From a virus (lineage: Duplodnaviria; Caudoviricetes), in the IMG/VR virus record IMGVR_UViG_3300042549_002286, positions 1 through 26,184 of that record: DNA of 26,184 nt. One strand, 5' to 3'. Below the pieces are notes generated by a model. It had not been told where the DNA came from, ran no database searches, and saw only the letters and a program-made list of their open reading frames with translations. Below, piece after piece: positions 7,446 to 16,288 of this stretch (position 1 is the first letter of the stretch; every line of letters starts with the position of its first letter). Position numbers and translations under genes: made by a program.

Positions 7446-8881
7446 TATAGGACCACCCTAACTATTACTATTCCTGAGCCGCCAGCACGTTTTGCGCCGC
7501 CGCCGCCACCTGTATTTATCGTTCCAGCAACAGCCGTTGAGCCTGCTGAAGCAATTACTGTGTCACCAGTTCCTCCACCACCAAGACCCCCTGCGCCGCC
7601 AGATGCTGGTGTAGACCCACCTCCACCACAACATGCTCCTCCGCCGCCTGAATAATATGTGCTAGTCCCAGTTATGGTTGAAGTAGCTCCAATTCCTCCT
7701 GAGCCAGGATTATTTGCAGTTCCATTTCCACCAACTGCTCCAGCGCCTCCGCCGCCACCTCCTGCATTTTTTACTCCTCCTACATAAGACACTGCTCCAC
7801 CTCCCGCATTTCCTTGTCCTGAAGTTGCGGATCCACCAGAAGATGATCCAGCGTTATAACCTCCTCCTGCACCACCACCTGAACCACCAGATACTCCATT
7901 AATTTTTGAATTGTCTCCACCTCCATAAGTCCCTGCGGCACCGCCACCTGATGCTGTAATTGTTGGTGAAAATGCAATGCTGCTATTTCCTCCATTTGTT
8001 CCATATCCTGGAGCACCAGTTCCGCCAGCAAATATGGCTCCACCAGAACCTACTGTGACAACATATGTCCCAGCAGTTACTGAATTTTTTGTGCCTGCTA
8101 AAAAACCGCCAGCGCCGCCGCCTCCTATTGCACCAGTTGTGTCGTTCCAATCAGCACTTGGCCTACCTCCACCAGGACCTCCACCTGCAACAATTAAATA
8201 CTCAATGTTAACTGTAGAATTTACTATAAGAGACCCAGTTCCAGTAAATGTTTGAGACATATATGTTGTTGGACCACTTGTATAAATACTTTGTGTCCCA
8301 CCAGATATTGGCATATTAACATTTGTAGAAGATACAGCCTCTACGCCTAATCCATATACACCATTAGCATCTTTACCAGATAAAAGAGCAGTTGCTGGAG
8401 ATCCATGAGTTAATCCTGCAAGCGTTACAGATGTTTTTGGAGAAGTTGTTGTTGCTAAAGATACTGATGTTCCATCACGATAATAAGCAATAGTGTCAGA
8501 TGATCCAGATGGATTTGTCCATGCAATGGATCCTACTAGACCAACACCTAAAGTTATTGATGCTCCTGTTGGAGCCGCCATCATTGTATATGAACCAAGT
8601 CTGATATTAATATTTGCTGGGTATGTCATTCCTGCTGGAATAACAATTTTATTAGATGTTGCTGGAACTGTAATGTATCCCTTACCGCCACGAATTGTTC
8701 CTGTAAACCTATATCCTGTTGATGTTCCAAGACCTAATGTAAATGATGATTGTGAAGTATCAGTTGTAATTTCATATAGCCCCGCCGCTAAAGGAGTTGA
8801 TAAAGTATATGTTCCTGCTGCAGTTGCTGGAAATGTTTGTGAAGCTGCATCTCCAAAAAGAAGCGAGTAATTAATTGGCAT
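7445..8881 (-). CDS. Glycine-rich virion fibre/adhesin-like protein
   Basis: FTGTG, EYLIVAGGG, VTVGSGG, NTGGGGG, GGSGIVIVR domain pattern. Start moved to ATG 8881 (MPINYS), giving a TAATG overlap. Confidence 0.8.
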   Translation of the reverse strand: MPINYSLLFGDAASQTFPATAAGTYTLSTPLAAGLYEITTDTSQSSFTLGLGTSTGYRFTGTIRGGKGYITVPATSNKIVIPAGMTYPANINIRLGSYTMMAAPTGASITLGVGLVGSIAWTNPSGSSDTIAYYRDGTSVSLATTTSPKTSVTLAGLTHGSPATALLSGKDANGVYGLGVEAVSSTNVNMPISGGTQSIYTSGPTTYMSQTFTGTGSLIVNSTVNIEYLIVAGGGPGGGRPSADWNDTTGAIGGGGAGGFLAGTKNSVTAGTYVVTVGSGGAIFAGGTGAPGYGTNGGNSSIAFSPTITASGGGAAGTYGGGDNSKINGVSGGSGGGAGGGYNAGSSSGGSATSGQGNAGGGAVSYVGGVKNAGGGGGGAGAVGGNGTANNPGSGGIGATSTITGTSTYYSGGGGACCGGGGSTPASGGAGGLGGGGTGDTVIASAGSTAVAGTINTGGGGGAKRAGGSGIVIVRVVL

Positions 8882-9498
8882 TATCCTAATCTCCATCCAT
8901 ATGTTGAGCCAGTATAAATTAAACTAGCTCCTACACCATTTACGTCTAATATTGCGTCTTGAACGCTACCGTTAATTTTACCACTATTTGAGTTAATTGT
9001 AATGTTATATGTTGCTGCCGTTCCTGTTCCATCAAATACCTGAATTTCATCGCCTAATGTAGGGGAGGCTGGAAGGGTCAAAGTTCTAGCGGCTGTAGTA
9101 TCTACAAAATATTTATTATTAGCAGCCAAAGTTACATTTGAAGATACAGCAGTTGATGCTGGTCCTGTAACAATTGTTACGCTTCCGCCCAAAGAAACGG
9201 CGGAACCATTAACAGTAATACTTGAATTAGTTAAAGATTCATTACCTATATTAGTAAGAGTATTAGATGCGCCAGATATAGTTTTATTGGTTAATGTTTC
9301 TGTTCCCGCCAAAGTTGCAAAGTTGGCATCAGATAATGCCGTATTAAATTGGGCGGTAGTTCCAGTAAAAGTATTACTGGCAAGATCGATTGTTTTATTG
9401 GTTAATGTCTGAGTTCCATTAATTGTAAGGGCATTAGGTAAAGCAGCAGCAACATCTTCCCATGCTGTTCCATTCCATACTTTAATTAGTTTAGCCAT
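8881..9498 (-). CDS. Adaptor-like structural protein with C-terminal T4 gp9/gp10-like domain
   Basis: TLTNKTI repeats; [30 protein letters not shown]...KING...YTGSTYGW C-terminus shared with 12762 and 15806 genes. Confidence 0.75.
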   Translation of the reverse strand: MAKLIKVWNGTAWEDVAAALPNALTINGTQTLTNKTIDLASNTFTGTTAQFNTALSDANFATLAGTETLTNKTISGASNTLTNIGNESLTNSSITVNGSAVSLGGSVTIVTGPASTAVSSNVTLAANNKYFVDTTAARTLTLPASPTLGDEIQVFDGTGTAATYNITINSNSGKINGSVQDAILDVNGVGASLIYTGSTYGWRLG

Positions 9499-10661
9499 TA
9501 GAAAGTTATGCTCCCTGTCGCTGTAAATTGATAAATTGTATATCCACCACTGGTTGTAATTGTTGGCGAACCTACAGTTGTAGCAGCTGGAATAACATCA
9601 GAACATCTAATGATAACAATCCCTGAACCGCCAGATGTTCCTGGTGCTGCTAAATAACGACCACCACCGCCACCGCCAGTATTTGTTGTTCCATTTGTAG
9701 CGTTAGTAGCAGAGCCGCCTATTCCTCCTCCACCATTACCTCCTGCTGCTGTTACACCTGTGCCAGCTGCTGCGCCGCCTCCGCCGCCTCCACCTGCACG
9801 AAATACTGCTGAGCCTGTAATAGAAGATGAAACTCCAACTCCACCTGCTCCAGGTGTTGTGCCACTTGTGCTTCCACCAACTCCGCCTGCTCCGCCGCCG
9901 CCTGCTGCTGCGTTAATAGTTGTAGTGTTTCCACCAGAATATCCTTGTCCCGTTGTGCCAGATCCACCAGTTTTAGCCGCATTGTATCCGCCTGCACCTC
10001 CACCTGATCCACCATTATTTCCGTTGGCAGAATAAAGACCTCCGCCGCCGCCGCCAATAGCAGTAATTGTAGTTAAACCAGTTCCAGCTATAGAAGAGTT
10101 GCTTCCATTATTTCCAGTAGCATTTCCTACTGCAGTGCCTCCTGCACCAACAGTTATTGTGTAAGTAGTTCCAGTTATCATAGAAATTGATAATTCTGCA
10201 GCTGCTCCACCTCCTGATGATTCTCCACTTACGGAGCTTATGTAGCCACCTGCACCAGCACCAGCTGTTGAGGCATCTCCACCTGTATAGCTACCACCGC
10301 CTCCGCCGCCAGCGATGACTAAATATTGTGCAATAACTGGCGCCCTAGATCCAGCTATAATCCATCCAGATGAATTTTTTTGATACAAATTATCTAACGA
10401 AGTATCATAGTATAAATCGCCTACCGAGCCAGCTGGTCTATTTGCCGTTGTTCCACGGCCAAAGTGTCCATTTGCTACTGTAGCATGTGTTGAAATTGCA
10501 GATGATAAAGATGTAGCTGTTGCAAGAACTGATGTGTCTGTAATTCCATGAACAGATGTTGTAGCAGAATTATGTGAAGAAATTGCGGAGGCAACTTCAG
10601 CATCAGTTGCTGCATCTGTTGATCCACTAAATAGATTTGCTATATCTCTAATTCTGCTCAT
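9498..10661 (-). CDS. Glycine-rich virion protein, MSRxRDxAN N-terminal class
   Basis: N-terminus paralogous to 16288 and 17729; GTTANRP..GDLYYDT motif; YLVIAGGGGGG...GGSGIVIIR...YQFTATGSITF. Confidence 0.82.
   Translation of the reverse strand: MSRIRDIANLFSGSTDAATDAEVASAISSHNSATTSVHGITDTSVLATATSLSSAISTHATVANGHFGRGTTANRPAGSVGDLYYDTSLDNLYQKNSSGWIIAGSRAPVIAQYLVIAGGGGGGSYTGGDASTAGAGAGGYISSVSGESSGGGAAAELSISMITGTTYTITVGAGGTAVGNATGNNGSNSSIAGTGLTTITAIGGGGGGLYSANGNNGGSGGGAGGYNAAKTGGSGTTGQGYSGGNTTTINAAAGGGGAGGVGGSTSGTTPGAGGVGVSSSITGSAVFRAGGGGGGGAAAGTGVTAAGGNGGGGIGGSATNATNGTTNTGGGGGGRYLAAPGTSGGSGIVIIRCSDVIPAATTVGSPTITTSGGYTIYQFTATGSITF
10433..10475. repeat. Third, more diverged copy of the ANGH.GRGTTANRP DNA repeat
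   Basis: ctggtctatttgccgttgttccacggcca...ccatttgc, shared with 17129-17184 and 18972-19027. Confidence 0.7.
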
Positions 10662-10667
10662 AATATT

Positions 10668-11048
10668 TTACGCTTCCTCTAAAGGATGCAGTCCCCACTC
10701 CTGCAATTCTTCATTCCAAATATATACTCTATCATCATTTGGGCGTTCTACTGGAGCAACCCATGTGCATGTTTCTTCATTTAAAGTCCATGACGCAAAT
10801 GGTTTTGGCCATATAAAAGCATCTCTTTCTTGATCATACGTTCCACCAATAACTGCATAATTTTTTCTAAGCGGGGTCCCGCCTAAAATATGAGTATTAG
10901 CATGAGTATTATAAGAAGTTTTAATCCATACTCCACCTAAGTTATCTACTAAATCTTGATAACCTTCATCACCATTTGGGTGATCATTGTCTCCTACAAC
11001 AATATTTATAACAATATTATTTTCATCTATCTGTGCAAAATGTGCCAT
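10668..11048 (-). CDS. 'MAHFA' family small fibre-partner protein (putative chaperone or cap)
   Basis: 126 aa; closely similar to the 17285 gene; PKPFASW.L.E.TC.W.AP...P and Trp-rich C-terminus; follows a Gly-rich gene. Confidence 0.78.
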   Translation of the reverse strand: MAHFAQIDENNIVINIVVGDNDHPNGDEGYQDLVDNLGGVWIKTSYNTHANTHILGGTPLRKNYAVIGGTYDQERDAFIWPKPFASWTLNEETCTWVAPVERPNDDRVYIWNEELQEWGLHPLEEA

Positions 11049-11052
11049 TTTA

Positions 11053-12762
11053 TTACCTCACGCTCATAAGGATAACGCCTGATGCGCCACCATGTGTGGT
11101 GCTATCGCTCTGTGCACCTGCTCCACTATTTGCTGGAGCAGTATCAGATCCGCCAAGACCTTGACCTACATTTGTATTATATCCATGTCCTCTTCCGCCC
11201 CAAGCATAGTAAGTTGATTGCCCAAAGAACTGCATTCCATCTCCGCCACGGCCTTTAACTCCAGCAGATCCAGCACCGCCACCAGCACCACACCCAGTAT
11301 TATTTGCAGAATTTGGCGAAACCCCACCACCATCACCGCCGACATTTCCGAAGTGCGTAGTTCCTCCAGTTCCTTTTGTAGATGTTCCTCCATATCCAGC
11401 TCCCCCGCCTCCTCCGCCAGATCCTCCAGATATTCCTGCGCCTGTAGCTCCTTGTTGCCTACATCCTCCGCCTCCATAACCAGTAATTGTTGTTGATCCA
11501 ACTGTTAAAGATGTATTGCCTCCAGTGCCACCATCAGTGCTTTGGCTTGGATACGGATTAGAACCTCCTCCACCAATAGAGTATGTCAAAGTTTGTCCTG
11601 GAGTTACGGAGAACTGCCTATAAGCAACTCCTCCTGAACCTCCACCGCCACCGAAGCCATAAGAGTTTCCGCCGCCGCCTCCAATTGCATATGCTTCAAT
11701 TACTGAAGCTCCTGCTGGAACCGTATATGATGAGCCAGAAGTTAATGTTACTAATTGAGAAGGTTTTACGGATGTTGTTGTTGATGTTTCTGATACTCCA
11801 GACGCATTTGTTCCTGTTAATGTAAACGTGTAAGATGTATTATTGACAAATGCCCCAGTCACAGATATTGGTGAGGTTGTTCCACTATATGTTAATGAAA
11901 TTGATGGAGAAGATGTTACTGTAACTGCAGTTAAAGCGCTTCCTCCAGTATTTGCTGTAAATGGAATAGATACTACTGTTGGGCTTGTTATGCTTGGAGT
12001 TCCAACAGTGATCTGTGGCTTAGTTGCGGCTGTTACTGAACTATATGCAGTTGATGCCGCAGAATCTCCATTTGCATTAACTGCTTTAACATTAAAAGTA
12101 TATGCTGTTCCAGCTGTTAGTCCAGATACTGTCAATGGACTAGTTGTTTGTGATGGAGAGAATGCAGTATATGTAGTTCCATCTGTTGAATATTTATAAT
12201 TTGTAATTGTTTTACCGCCAGTATGACCAGCAGTAAATGCTAATGTTACTGAAGGAGATGATCCAAAATTTGTTCCCGTAACAATTGCCGAAGCTCCTGG
12301 TGCAGGACTTTGAGGAACTGTTGTTGCAGTAATTTGATTTGAATTTCCGCTTGCATTAGAAGTTCCAAAATTATTAGTTGAAGTTCCAGAAAAAGTATAT
12401 GTTGAGCCTGGAGTCAATCCAGTCACAGTAATTGGAGAAGATGTTCCAGTTGCAAAAACTGAATCTGAAGATGCATTAATTCTGTAAGAAGAAGAAAGCC
12501 CTCCTCCAGTTCCTGTAGTAAATGCAACTGTTGCTGCTGCTCCAGTTGAAGAATAGGAACGTCCTGTTCCTATATCTGTAGCCGTTCCAATTGAAATAAC
12601 TGCTGGTGTTGCACTATTTGCTACCCAACCAGCAGAAGTATAAATTTCTGTTACTCCAGTTTCACCATTATGGTAGGTTCGTCCAATTTCTGGGTCTGAT
12701 GGTCTATTTGCAGTATCCCCAAATGGTGTTCCGCCTAAACTGCTTGCCTTTATATCTGCCAT
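11053..12762 (-). CDS. Virion protein with about 3 FN3-like domains plus glycine-rich C-terminal domain
   Basis: Three SP(I/L).V.G....T.YTF.....N..G.S units; AIGGGGG...GGASGVILM; N-terminal PFG.TA.RP..P..G..Y.NG..GV.E shared with the 14694 gene. Confidence 0.82.
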   Translation of the reverse strand: MADIKASSLGGTPFGDTANRPSDPEIGRTYHNGETGVTEIYTSAGWVANSATPAVISIGTATDIGTGRSYSSTGAAATVAFTTGTGGGLSSSYRINASSDSVFATGTSSPITVTGLTPGSTYTFSGTSTNNFGTSNASGNSNQITATTVPQSPAPGASAIVTGTNFGSSPSVTLAFTAGHTGGKTITNYKYSTDGTTYTAFSPSQTTSPLTVSGLTAGTAYTFNVKAVNANGDSAASTAYSSVTAATKPQITVGTPSITSPTVVSIPFTANTGGSALTAVTVTSSPSISLTYSGTTSPISVTGAFVNNTSYTFTLTGTNASGVSETSTTTSVKPSQLVTLTSGSSYTVPAGASVIEAYAIGGGGGNSYGFGGGGGSGGVAYRQFSVTPGQTLTYSIGGGGSNPYPSQSTDGGTGGNTSLTVGSTTITGYGGGGCRQQGATGAGISGGSGGGGGGAGYGGTSTKGTGGTTHFGNVGGDGGGVSPNSANNTGCGAGGGAGSAGVKGRGGDGMQFFGQSTYYAWGGRGHGYNTNVGQGLGGSDTAPANSGAGAQSDSTTHGGASGVILMSVR

Positions 12763-13583
12763 TATCCAACCTTCCAGCCATATGTAGAACCAGTATAAAC
12801 TAAAGAAGCCCAGTATCCATTGGCGTCAATTATAAAGTTTCCAGCATTGCCATTAATTAATTTAGAATTTCTTGCTATAGTAATATTATACGTTGCAGCA
12901 TTTCCTGATGCATCAAATATGTCAATTTGATCATTTCTTGTGGGATTTGTGGGAAGAGTCAATGTTAATGCAGATGCAGATGTTACGTAATATCTGAGTC
13001 CAGCTGCAAGATTTGTATTTGAAGAAATTGAAGAATAAGAGGTAGGATTATAGGAATTAAGATTAGTTATTGTTACTACTTCAACAATATCATTTACCGC
13101 CGCTGCCGCCCCTAATGTAACTGTATTTGAATTAGAAGTTGTATAGTCTGTAGTTCTAAGCAAAAGCATTCCGTTAAAAAACACCTGCTCATATCCCTCT
13201 ATAAATGAAACTGATGTAGTAAATGCTGTTTGTCCAGCGGTTGCTGTAAAAGACTGTCTACGGATAATATTAGGGTCAAATGAGTCTGCTGTTGAATCTG
13301 ATTCCACCCAAATTTGTCCAACAACTGGAGATGCTGGTGCATCTGCAGAATATGTGACGGGGGTTACAAGAGATGTAAGAGTTGTAGGAGCATATGTAGT
13401 TCCAGATGATGAATATAGAATTTGTCCTGAAGAAGGGGATGTTGTTGTTCCAGTTCCGCCATATTGTGTAGCTAAATTTGTGTGGGAATCAACAGTGTGT
13501 CCTTCAGCAATAAGGACTCCAGATGAATTAGTAAGCCCAGCTATTGTGAGCTTATTTTTAACCTTAAAATTTTTATCTGACAA
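12762..13583 (-). CDS. Multi-module adaptor protein (FKVKN N-terminus; VFFNG..DY module; gp9/gp10-like C-terminus)
   Basis: TTG start supported by homology of MSDKNFKVKN with the 20825 and 15806 genes; ends in YTGSTYGW; TAATG-coupled to the next gene. Confidence 0.78.
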   Translation of the reverse strand: MSDKNFKVKNKLTIAGLTNSSGVLIAEGHTVDSHTNLATQYGGTGTTTSPSSGQILYSSSGTTYAPTTLTSLVTPVTYSADAPASPVVGQIWVESDSTADSFDPNIIRRQSFTATAGQTAFTTSVSFIEGYEQVFFNGMLLLRTTDYTTSNSNTVTLGAAAAVNDIVEVVTITNLNSYNPTSYSSISSNTNLAAGLRYYVTSASALTLTLPTNPTRNDQIDIFDASGNAATYNITIARNSKLINGNAGNFIIDANGYWASLVYTGSTYGWKVG

Positions 13584-13600
13584 TCTGGTTCACATATCCC

Positions 13601-13652
13601 CTAATTGATTATACCTAATTATAGCATAGGCTAATTTATGACATTATAGGCT
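13601..13652 (-). promoter_or_regulatory. Internal promoter region with three TATAAT boxes
   Basis: TATAAT at 13648-43, 13623-18 (TGCTATAAT, extended -10) and 13613-08, in the largest intergenic gap of the fibre region; CTAATT repeated at 13601, 13615 and 13631. Confidence 0.55.
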
Positions 13653-13666
13653 TATACAGCCAACAC

Positions 13667-14374
13667 TTAGACTGTCCATTCTGCCGAATAATATAGGTCC
13701 ATGTCATTTGGCATTAAATCTTCAATTATTGATTTTTCTTTTTTAGTTAATGAATTATATATTAATTTAGAATTTGGATTAATTATGTTATGTATAGTTG
13801 TTTCAAAATATGGATCGCTATCTTTAATTCCAAAATGGTTACGCATAATAGCCAAGCTTTTTTTTGTTATATCATGCGACATTTCTTCTGTCTTAAATAA
13901 ATAATCAACTGATTTAATTCTTTGTTTTGCTAAAAGAAAATCTTCATCTGATACCTTATTTTTTAACTCATGTTCATCTATATGAATAGCATAAGAATCA
14001 CCGCTATAAGCAATAAACTTTGTCTGATAATCAATAATTCCTTTATTTGGATTTTCAATAAGGAAATCAAGCATCTTTCTTTTTTCCGACTCTATATCAA
14101 CTGTTTTTGAATCAAAAGAATTAAAATATATATGCTGATAATGACTGATTGTTCTAGCAACAGGCTCTCTTAATGTAGAAAAACTTAAAATATTTTTATT
14201 ATCTAAAGGCTTAAATGATAAATGACCATATCCATGTAAGACATCACCATATTGTTTACCGTTTATTATAAGTTCTTGTTCAAGAACCCTAACGGTATTA
14301 GCATAAAAAAATCTACCACTAGTTTTTGGTATATGAAAAAACCAAATAGGATCTATGGCCTTGTTGCTATCCAT
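13667..14374 (-). CDS. Sulfotransferase (Sulfotransfer_2 / carbohydrate-sulfotransferase-like)
   Basis: FFHIPKTSG (5'-PSB), LREPVARTISHY (3'-PB), DYQ, C-terminal I.....D..LY. Start ATG 14374 preferred over TTG 14401; AT-rich. Confidence 0.82.
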   Translation of the reverse strand: MDSNKAIDPIWFFHIPKTSGRFFYANTVRVLEQELIINGKQYGDVLHGYGHLSFKPLDNKNILSFSTLREPVARTISHYQHIYFNSFDSKTVDIESEKRKMLDFLIENPNKGIIDYQTKFIAYSGDSYAIHIDEHELKNKVSDEDFLLAKQRIKSVDYLFKTEEMSHDITKKSLAIMRNHFGIKDSDPYFETTIHNIINPNSKLIYNSLTKKEKSIIEDLMPNDMDLYYSAEWTV

Positions 14375-14697
14375 TCTTGCGTATCCTCGTCCCATGCCCA
14401 AACTGCTCCATGGCTTCCATACAATAGCTCTGGGTGTAACTTAGGTGCAACCCATAAATATTTTGTTTCATCCCAAAGCCAAGATGGGTAGGGCTTTGGT
14501 GGCATAAATCTTTCACCATTAAATACATTACCAATTCCGCAAACAGAAGTGTCATCTGGTATTTCCATAGCAGTTAAAGTATCATTATTAAATATAACTT
14601 TTTGTGCATCTAAAAATGGTGTTATATCTTGTGGAGTTTCTTCAAACTCAATGATATTTTCAACAACGTTATCTGAATTAATTATTGCGTATTTCAT
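14353..14697 (-). CDS. Diverged 'MAHFA'-related fibre-partner protein
   Basis: MKYAII..DNVV.NII N-terminus; F.PPKPYPSW.WDE....W.AP...P and W.WDE..QEW match the 10668/17285 C-termini; ATGA-coupled to a Gly-rich gene. Confidence 0.75.
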   Translation of the reverse strand: MKYAIINSDNVVENIIEFEETPQDITPFLDAQKVIFNNDTLTAMEIPDDTSVCGIGNVFNGERFMPPKPYPSWLWDETKYLWVAPKLHPELLYGSHGAVWAWDEDTQEWIATRP

Positions 14698-15806
14698 CCT
14701 ATAGCCGCCGCAATTCCAGTGTTTCCACTTCTACCAGATTGTGCCCAAGTAGCACCACCTGCACCACCGCCACGAACAATACCATTTTCATTTGTTGCTG
14801 CACTTGCTCCTCCTCCAGTGCCAAAAAGACCGCCCCAAGTTATACCGTTAGCACCAGAATAAGAACCAGCACCACCATGAGGAATTCTTTGATCAGTTCC
14901 TAATCCAGCAGCTACTCCTAATTGTCCAGTGCCTCTAGTTCCTGCTGTTCCTTGAAAACCATTGCTTCCATAATAACCACCACGACCATCGCCACCAGTT
15001 CCATTAGCATCGCCTTGGCTACCTCCACCAGAACCGCCATTACCAGTTCCTCCACCACGACCACCGTCGCCACCAGCAGCAGAACAAAGAGTTGTTCCGC
15101 TTCTAACAAAACTAGTTGTTCCGCCAGCATCGCCAGCTGAACCACCACCTGCGCCAAGTGTGACTACTACAGAATTTCCAGAAGTTAAAGATACAGAAGT
15201 GGGCGTCATGCGGCCAGAACCACCACCAACTGCAGCATTACCTGCACTACCAGATCCACCTCCACCTCCTACTGCAACCAATAAATATGTTCCAGTAGCA
15301 GGAACTGTCCAAGTAGTGCTGCTAGTAAAAACTGTAACTGCTGGAGCTTTAAATGATGTTGCTGGAGATGCTGCAGATGATGCGCTTCCAGATCTTGCTG
15401 CATAAGTAAAATTATATGTTGTTCCAGAAGTTAAACCAGTAATAGTTGCAGTTAATGAACTTGTTGTTGCTGTAGATACAACTGTTCCATCAGTAGTTGC
15501 CGCATAAATGATATAGCTATCAATAGCAGCAATATTTCCAGCTGGAGAAACTGCAGTCAATGTTACTTTTGCTGTAGTTGTTACAGTTGCATTAGTGTAT
15601 GCTGTAGGATTTATTTCTACTGTAGGGGCAACTGTAGGTGCTGGAACTGTTTGTGATGCAACAGAAATAAATGAACCAGAAGCATTAGCTACTTCAAGGA
15701 CTCCTGCTGTTCCATTAAAATATGGTTGTCCAACAGCTGGGGATGCTGGTCTTCCTGCAGTATTTCCAAAAGGTATACCTATAATAGATGACTTTCTAAT
15801 TGGCAT
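14694..15806 (-). CDS. Virion protein with FN3-like domain and glycine-rich domain
   Basis: TITGLTSGTTYNF; FTSSTTWTVP, AVGGGGG, GNTGIA; TAATG-coupled to the upstream adaptor. Confidence 0.8.
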   Translation of the reverse strand: MPIRKSSIIGIPFGNTAGRPASPAVGQPYFNGTAGVLEVANASGSFISVASQTVPAPTVAPTVEINPTAYTNATVTTTAKVTLTAVSPAGNIAAIDSYIIYAATTDGTVVSTATTSSLTATITGLTSGTTYNFTYAARSGSASSAASPATSFKAPAVTVFTSSTTWTVPATGTYLLVAVGGGGGSGSAGNAAVGGGSGRMTPTSVSLTSGNSVVVTLGAGGGSAGDAGGTTSFVRSGTTLCSAAGGDGGRGGGTGNGGSGGGSQGDANGTGGDGRGGYYGSNGFQGTAGTRGTGQLGVAAGLGTDQRIPHGGAGSYSGANGITWGGLFGTGGGASAATNENGIVRGGGAGGATWAQSGRSGNTGIAAAIG

Positions 15807-16288
15807 TAATCAAACCTCCATCCGTATGTTGAACCTGTATAAATAAATGATGAACTAGAACCACTGATATCTATTATAGCATCATCTGAAACACCGTTTA
15901 TTTTATTACTATTTCTTGATACTGTAATATTATACGTTGCAGCAGATCCTGATGCATCAAATACATAGATTTCATCTCCAACAGAAGGGCTCGCTGGAAG
16001 AGTAAGGGTTCTAGCTGCAGTTGTATCTACAAAATATTTATTAAATGACGATAGGGTTATATTGGAAGATACTGAAGTAGATGGCATTGCTACAAATCCA
16101 GAAGAAACTGTTGTCCAAGAAGTATTCGTTCCATCAGTTTTTAATACCTTATTAGCATTATCTGTTTGTAATGGAAGCAAAGCATTTAATGTATTATTAG
16201 CTGTTGTTTGTCCTGTTCCGCCCATAGACACAGGAATAGGTGTTGCTACATCAAGACCATTTTTAACTTTAAAATCTTTATTAGCCAT
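15806..16288 (-). CDS. Adaptor protein (FKVKNGL N-terminus; gp9/gp10-like C-terminus)
   Basis: N-half shared with the 20825 gene (GGTGQTTA.N..NALLPLQT); C-half shared with the 8881 gene. Confidence 0.78.
   Translation of the reverse strand: MANKDFKVKNGLDVATPIPVSMGGTGQTTANNTLNALLPLQTDNANKVLKTDGTNTSWTTVSSGFVAMPSTSVSSNITLSSFNKYFVDTTAARTLTLPASPSVGDEIYVFDASGSAATYNITVSRNSNKINGVSDDAIIDISGSSSSFIYTGSTYGWRFD

Noticed and set aside
14353-14440. Programmed -1 frameshift fusing the 114-aa partner to the sulfotransferase
   Set aside because: The -1 frame is open across the overlap, but the only slippery-looking run (TTTGGGC) is in the wrong phase, and ATG 14374 has its own GAGG upstream.
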